From: an uncultured Acidobacteriota bacterium
GTDB taxonomy: Bacteria; Acidobacteriota; Vicinamibacteria; Fen-336
Direction: 5' to 3'
DNA length: 64,000 nt
NCBI GenBank assembly: GCA_963720545.1
Contig: OY970399.1
Coordinates: forward strand, 736,001-800,000
A program made the position numbers and the translations under genes. The notes below the pieces were generated by a model. The model was not told the origin of the DNA. It did not search any database and saw nothing but the letters and a program-made list of their open reading frames with translations. Positions 54,778 through 64,000 of the stretch are shown one piece after another (within the stretch, counting starts at the first letter, position 1; every line of letters starts with the position of its first letter).

Positions 54778-55644
54778 GTGCGGGTCCGCGAGGCGCTTTC
54801 ACGGGGCCGCGGGCAGTTGCAGGCGGCGGGCCTCGACGCAGCCGACTTCGAAGCGGAACTGCTGCTGCTGTTCGTCCGCGGGATGGAGCGTGCCGCGCTC
54901 CTGGCGCGTCTCGAAGAGCCACTGCCGCCGGCGGATCTCGAGCGCTTCCTGGCGCTCGTCGCGCGGCGCGCGGCGCACGAGCCGCCGCAATACCTCACCG
55001 GCCGCCAGGACTTCTGGAAGCACACGTTCGCGGTGACGCCCGCCGTGCTCATTCCCCGCCCCGAGACCGAACTGCTCGTCGAGCGCGCCTTGCGCCTGCT
55101 CGATGAAGGCGAAGCCCAAGGTGCAGGTGGCGCGGCGCGGCCGACGCTGATCGACGTCGGCACCGGCTCGGGATGCATCGCCATCAGCCTCGCGCTCGAA
55201 AAGCCGGCGGCGGTGCACGCGACGGACATCTCGCCCGCTGCTCTCGAAGTCGCGCGCGGCAACGCGGCGGCGCTCGGCGCGAACGTTGCGTTCCACGAAG
55301 GCGACCTGCTCGCGGGCGCTGGCTCCTGGGCGCCAGGCGCCGACCTCATCGTGAGCAACCCGCCCTATGTCGATCCCGCCGACCGAGCTTCGCTGATGCC
55401 CGAAGTGCGCGACCACGAGCCGTCCATGGCCTTGTTCCCGCCCGGCGACCCGCTGCACTTCTACCGGCGGCTGGCACAGGAGGCGGGCGCGGTGCTGCGG
55501 CCCGGCGGCGCCATAGCGGTCGAAGTCGGAGCCGGGCAGGCGGCAGCGGTGTCTCAACTGCTGGCAGCCAGTGGCTACGATCATCTCGCGTCGGACCACG
55601 ATTTCCAGGGCATCGCGCGCGTCGTCCACGGCCGGCGCCGGTAG
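54778..55644 (+). CDS. prmC: release factor glutamine methyltransferase
   Basis: LIPRPETE, DVGTGSG, SNPPY; follows prfA. Confidence 0.95.
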   Translation: MRVREALSRGRGQLQAAGLDAADFEAELLLLFVRGMERAALLARLEEPLPPADLERFLALVARRAAHEPPQYLTGRQDFWKHTFAVTPAVLIPRPETELLVERALRLLDEGEAQGAGGAARPTLIDVGTGSGCIAISLALEKPAAVHATDISPAALEVARGNAAALGANVAFHEGDLLAGAGSWAPGADLIVSNPPYVDPADRASLMPEVRDHEPSMALFPPGDPLHFYRRLAQEAGAVLRPGGAIAVEVGAGQAAAVSQLLAASGYDHLASDHDFQGIARVVHGRRR

Positions 55645-55657
55645 ACTCGACCCGCTC

Positions 55658-56911
<1,254 letters not shown>

Positions 56912-56912
56912 C

Positions 56913-58013
56913 GTGAAGGGCGCCGGCGGCAAGGAGCGAAGCGCCGCGCGGCGCGAGCTGCTGCGCTTCTTCCGCGCCAGCAAGCGCGACCTGCCCTGGC
57001 GGCGCACCTCCGACCCGTACCGCATCTGGGTCAGCGAGGTGATGCTGCAGCAGACCACGGTGGCGGCGGCGGCGCCCTACTACGAGCGCTTTGTCGCGCG
57101 CTTCCCCACCGCCGCGTCGCTCGCGGCCGCCGCCGAGGACGAAGTGCTGGCGGTCTGGAGCGGTCTCGGCTATTACCACCGCGCACGCAACCTGCTGCGC
57201 GGCGCGCGCCACGTGCTGGCACGGCACGGCGGCGCCTTCCCGCGCGACCGCAGCGCCGCGCTGGCGGTTCCCGGGGTCGGCCTCTACACCGCGAACGCGG
57301 TGCTCTCGATCGCCTACGGCGAACCGCTCGCGGTGGTGGACGGCAACGTCAAGCGGGTGCTGGCGCGGGTGTTCGCGCTGCGCGGGGCAGCCGCGACGTC
57401 CGATGCCACGTACCACAACCTCGCGGCCGACCTGCTCGACGCGGAGGCGCCGGGAGACTGGAACCAGGCAATCATGGAACTGGGCGCAACGGTGTGCACG
57501 CCGCGCGCGCCGGCTTGCGGTGCCTGCCCATGGCGGGCGCGCTGCCAAGCGCTGGCCCTCGGCCTGCAGGACACGTTGCCGCTCACGGCGAAACGCAAGG
57601 CGCCGGTGGAGGTGACGGTGCAGGCGGCACTCGTCCGCCGCGGCGACAAGTTCCTGTTCGCACGGCGGCCCGAGGGTGCGCTCATGGGCCGCATGTGGGA
57701 GCTGCCGCAGACGCGCCTCGACCGTGCCGATGGCGCGCGCGGCCGCCCGGATCTTGCCGCCGAGGCGCTCGAGCGCTACGGGCTGGAGCTTGCCGTCGGC
57801 AGCCTGCGCACGACGGTCCGGCACGCGATCACCTTCAGGCGCATCCGGCTCGAAGGCTACGAAGCGACGCTGTTGCGGCCGGTGCGCGCTTCGAAAGACC
57901 TGCGCTTCCTCGACCTTGCGGAGCTGGGCTCGGTGCCGACCTCGTCCCTCTCGCGCAAGCTGCTGCGCGGCGCGCTGGCGCCGCAGCTGCCGCTGCCGCT
58001 TGGGGTGCTGTGA
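56913..58013 (+). CDS. mutY: A/G-specific adenine glycosylase
   Basis: WVSEVMLQQT, GLGYY.RARNL, HhH PGVG, DGNV.RV, 4Fe-4S Cys motif, NUDIX-like tail. Confidence 0.95.
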   Translation: MKGAGGKERSAARRELLRFFRASKRDLPWRRTSDPYRIWVSEVMLQQTTVAAAAPYYERFVARFPTAASLAAAAEDEVLAVWSGLGYYHRARNLLRGARHVLARHGGAFPRDRSAALAVPGVGLYTANAVLSIAYGEPLAVVDGNVKRVLARVFALRGAAATSDATYHNLAADLLDAEAPGDWNQAIMELGATVCTPRAPACGACPWRARCQALALGLQDTLPLTAKRKAPVEVTVQAALVRRGDKFLFARRPEGALMGRMWELPQTRLDRADGARGRPDLAAEALERYGLELAVGSLRTTVRHAITFRRIRLEGYEATLLRPVRASKDLRFLDLAELGSVPTSSLSRKLLRGALAPQLPLPLGVL

Positions 58014-58032
58014 GCGGTGTACACTTCCGGCC

Positions 58033-58374
58033 GTGGCGTGCCTTTTCTGCGAGATCGTCGCCGAGCGGATACCCGCGAAGATCCTCTACCAGGATGACGA
58101 CGTGGCGGCGTTCCTCGACATCAACCCGCAGGCGCCCCACCACGTGCTCTTCATTCCCAAACGGCACATCGAGAGCCTGCTGGAGGTGACGCCCGCCGAC
58201 GATGCGCTCATCGGCTCGCTGGTGCGGCGCGCGCGCGACCTGGCCGGGCAGCTCGGCTTCGACGCGCGGGGCTTCCGCTGCGTCTTCAACACCGGCGACG
58301 ACGCCGGCTACAGCGTGCACCACGTGCACCTGCACCTGCTCGGCGGGCGCGCGCTGTCCTGGCCGCCGGGCTAG
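58033..58374 (+). CDS. histidine triad (HIT) nucleotide-binding protein
   Basis: CLFC, DINPQAP.H, HVHLHLLGG. Confidence 0.93.
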   Translation: MACLFCEIVAERIPAKILYQDDDVAAFLDINPQAPHHVLFIPKRHIESLLEVTPADDALIGSLVRRARDLAGQLGFDARGFRCVFNTGDDAGYSVHHVHLHLLGGRALSWPPG

Positions 58375-58383
58375 GCGCAGGCG

Positions 58384-60285
58384 ATGACCACCACACCGCC
58401 GGTTCCGCCGCAGCCGCCCGAACCGGAAGAACTCGCCGGCCGTTACCAGATCGTCAGCAAGCTGGGGGCCGGCGCCTTCGGCACGGTGCACAAGGCGAAG
58501 GACAAGATTCTCGGCCGCATGATCGCGGTCAAGACCATCCGCTTCGACGGCCTGGCCGCTTCCGGCGAGGGCCGCAACGAGCTGATGGCGCGCTTCCGGC
58601 GCGAGGCGCAGGTGTCGGCACAGCTGCGCCACCCGAACGTGGTCACGATCTACGACGTCGGCGAGGATGCGGGCGTCAGCTACATCGCCATGGAGTTCAT
58701 CGACGGCGTCGGCCTCGACAAGGTCATCCAGGGGCACGGCGCGCTGCCGGTGGAGCGTGCGGCGTCGATCGCGGCGCAGGTGGCCGACGCCCTCGACTAC
58801 GCGCACCGCCACGGCGTGGTGCACCGCGACATCAAGCCGGCGAACATCATGATCGAGGACGGCGACCGTGTGAAGGTCGCCGATTTCGGCATCGCCAAGT
58901 CGATGAACTCGGGCGAGAACCTCACCATGACCGGGGGCCTGCTGGGCACGCCGTCCTACATGAGCCCCGAGCAGGCGCGCGGCGGCGAGATCGACGGGCG
59001 CACCGACCTGTTCGCGCTCGGCTGCATCCTTTACGAGATGCTCGCCGGCCACAAGGCGTTCCGCGGCGACTCGGTGACCGCCCTCATCTTCAAGATCCTG
59101 AGCGAGCATCCCGAACCGCTGAGCAAGGTCGGCCCGCATCTGCCGCCCGCGATCATCGCGGCGGCCGAGAAGGCGATCGACAAGGATCCGGCGAAGCGCT
59201 ACCAGACCGGCCGTGAATTCGCCGACGACCTGAAGCGCCTCACGCAGCCCGGCGTGACGCCGACGCTGCGCCAGCGGGAGCTGCCGACGGCGCCGGTGCG
59301 CAGCCTGGCCGGCACTGCCACCTCGCCGGCGTACACGCCGGCGACCATCATCTCGCCGGAGGCGCAGGCGCTGTCGGCCGCGGCGCCTACGGTACTCGGG
59401 GCGGCGCCGACGGTCGTCAGCAGCCCGCCGCCGCTGCCGCGCTCCGATGCCCCGCCGCAGCCCGTGCCCGTGCGCCGCGGCGGGGGTGCAATGCTGGTGG
59501 CCGGACTGGGCCTCGCCGCGCTGCTGGTGCTCGCGGTCATCGGCGCCGTCGCGTGGAAATTCATGAGCGGCCGCGGCGCCTCCACGACCACCACGGCGGA
59601 AGCAAGCCCGGTGCCCGACGCCGTGCCGTCAACCGCACAGGCTGCGCCGGCCGCGCACCCAACCGCAGCCGCAAGCGAAGCACCCGCGCCGCCATCAGCC
59701 GCACCGGGCGTCGCCAATGAGCCCGCCGCCGCTACGCAGCTGCAGCAGCCGCCTGTGCCCGCGGCCGCACCGAGCCGGGCGCCCGTGAGCGCCACCCGGC
59801 CGGCACCGCCGGCCGCGAACGTGAACGACCCGGCGCCGGCTCAAGCCCGCGCCCACACCGCCGAGCCCGAGCCGGACGGCGGCGACGATTTCACCGAGCT
59901 CGATCGCCAACCGGGCGACCTCGTCGACGGTTCGGAGGCCGGCCGGCGCGCAGCCGAGGCATACCGCTCGGGCAGCAGCGGCACCTACCGCACGCCGCTG
60001 CGCGCCAGGAACCCGATCCCGCAGGGGCTGCTTGCGCCCGAGGCCCGGGTCGCAGTCAACCTCTACAACCTGGCGATGCTGCAGGAGGAGTTCCGCCGCC
60101 GTGAGGGCCATTACGCGGCGCTGCCGGAACTGCTTGCTTCGCGCCGCCTGGGTCGCTGGATGCCGCGCGGCTACCGGCTCGACGCGCGCATCGGCGAGGA
60201 AGAGTTCGAGATCACGGCAGAGCCGCAGAGCCCCGGCCTGCGCGCGTTGTCGGTGGACGAAACCCGCCTCGTGCGCCTGCGCTAG
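58384..60285 (+). CDS. membrane Ser/Thr protein kinase
   Basis: Hanks motifs, one TM helix, Pro/Ala linker, small C-terminal domain. Confidence 0.92.
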   Translation: MTTTPPVPPQPPEPEELAGRYQIVSKLGAGAFGTVHKAKDKILGRMIAVKTIRFDGLAASGEGRNELMARFRREAQVSAQLRHPNVVTIYDVGEDAGVSYIAMEFIDGVGLDKVIQGHGALPVERAASIAAQVADALDYAHRHGVVHRDIKPANIMIEDGDRVKVADFGIAKSMNSGENLTMTGGLLGTPSYMSPEQARGGEIDGRTDLFALGCILYEMLAGHKAFRGDSVTALIFKILSEHPEPLSKVGPHLPPAIIAAAEKAIDKDPAKRYQTGREFADDLKRLTQPGVTPTLRQRELPTAPVRSLAGTATSPAYTPATIISPEAQALSAAAPTVLGAAPTVVSSPPPLPRSDAPPQPVPVRRGGGAMLVAGLGLAALLVLAVIGAVAWKFMSGRGASTTTTAEASPVPDAVPSTAQAAPAAHPTAAASEAPAPPSAAPGVANEPAAATQLQQPPVPAAAPSRAPVSATRPAPPAANVNDPAPAQARAHTAEPEPDGGDDFTELDRQPGDLVDGSEAGRRAAEAYRSGSSGTYRTPLRARNPIPQGLLAPEARVAVNLYNLAMLQEEFRRREGHYAALPELLASRRLGRWMPRGYRLDARIGEEEFEITAEPQSPGLRALSVDETRLVRLR

Positions 60286-60302
60286 CTGGCGCGAGGCCGC
60301 GC

Positions 60303-60839
60303 TCAGAACTTTTCCGGCCGCGCGCGCTCCAGGTAGACCGCTACTTCGCTGAACAGCTCCTCGGCCCTCTTCACGTCCGCGGCCGTGAAGTCCGGCCCGG
60401 CCGCGGCGCGGTTCTCGCCCTTGCGGCTGATCTGCGCCACGCCGATGGCGTTACCGTTGCTGATGATCGGCACCGACACCATCTTCTGGATCGGCAGCGG
60501 CCGCTCGCGGATGCGGATGCTCTCGAACAGCGCGAAGTGGCGCACCATCGGCACGTTGTTGTGCGCCTCGCCGGTGCGGCGGTGCAGCGTGGTCACGGCG
60601 ATCGCGTCGCGGTTGGTGAGCGGGATCATCGCGACGTTCGTGAACTGCCGCGGCGCCACGAAGCGCAGCTGGCCGCCGTCAGCGCGCAGCATCATGATGG
60701 CAACCTCGTCGTTCTTCACGCCGAAGGCCTTGCTGGCGCGCTTCACGATCATCTCCGCGACGTCGAAGAAGAGCGCGTCGGGGTCGGTGCTGCCGCGCGC
60801 CTTCGTTATGGCTTCGAGGATCTCGATGAGGTCGTCCAC
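60303..60839 (-). CDS. stand-alone GAF-domain protein
   Basis: LRFVAP, MVSVPI...AIGVAQISRK, FT..D; start GTG 60839. Confidence 0.7.
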   Translation of the reverse strand: MDDLIEILEAITKARGSTDPDALFFDVAEMIVKRASKAFGVKNDEVAIMMLRADGGQLRFVAPRQFTNVAMIPLTNRDAIAVTTLHRRTGEAHNNVPMVRHFALFESIRIRERPLPIQKMVSVPIISNGNAIGVAQISRKGENRAAAGPDFTAADVKRAEELFSEVAVYLERARPEKF

Positions 60840-60858
60840 TGGTGGCTTGCAGCGCTCG

Positions 60859-64000
<3,142 letters not shown>

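Overview
High-GC bacterial chromosomal window. Two 'orphan' duplicated-MacB (ADOP-type) ABC permeases, Ser/Thr kinase-TonB fusions and the overall gene repertoire suggest Acidobacteriota, possibly Vicinamibacteria (inference). The right third (~44-64 kb) is housekeeping: tig-clpP-clpX-lon-rho, rpmE-prfA-prmC-murA-mutY-HIT, a membrane Ser/Thr kinase and a hybrid histidine kinase. The left two-thirds are accessory. They include a DEAD-box helicase, tRNA-Lys(CTT) followed by a ~4.9 kb integrase-less island closed by a 21-bp copy of the tRNA 3' end, LigD split into three coupled genes, modABC, a putative amino-sugar salvage operon, a kinase-PEGA-TonB fusion, SRAP, a decayed TonB-domain gene and tRNA-Leu(TAG). 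The most notable signal lies inside the island. A Cys/His-bearing, Pro-rich-ended leader ORF (9672-9983) is followed by a 77-nt region that can fold into a three-way junction hiding the next ribosome-binding site. That site serves a 41-aa secreted peptide missed by the ORF track (10060-10185), whose short mature part has 8 cysteines. This looks like a translationally controlled, exported micro-metallothionein module. All family assignments come from motif recognition by eye; no searches were run.
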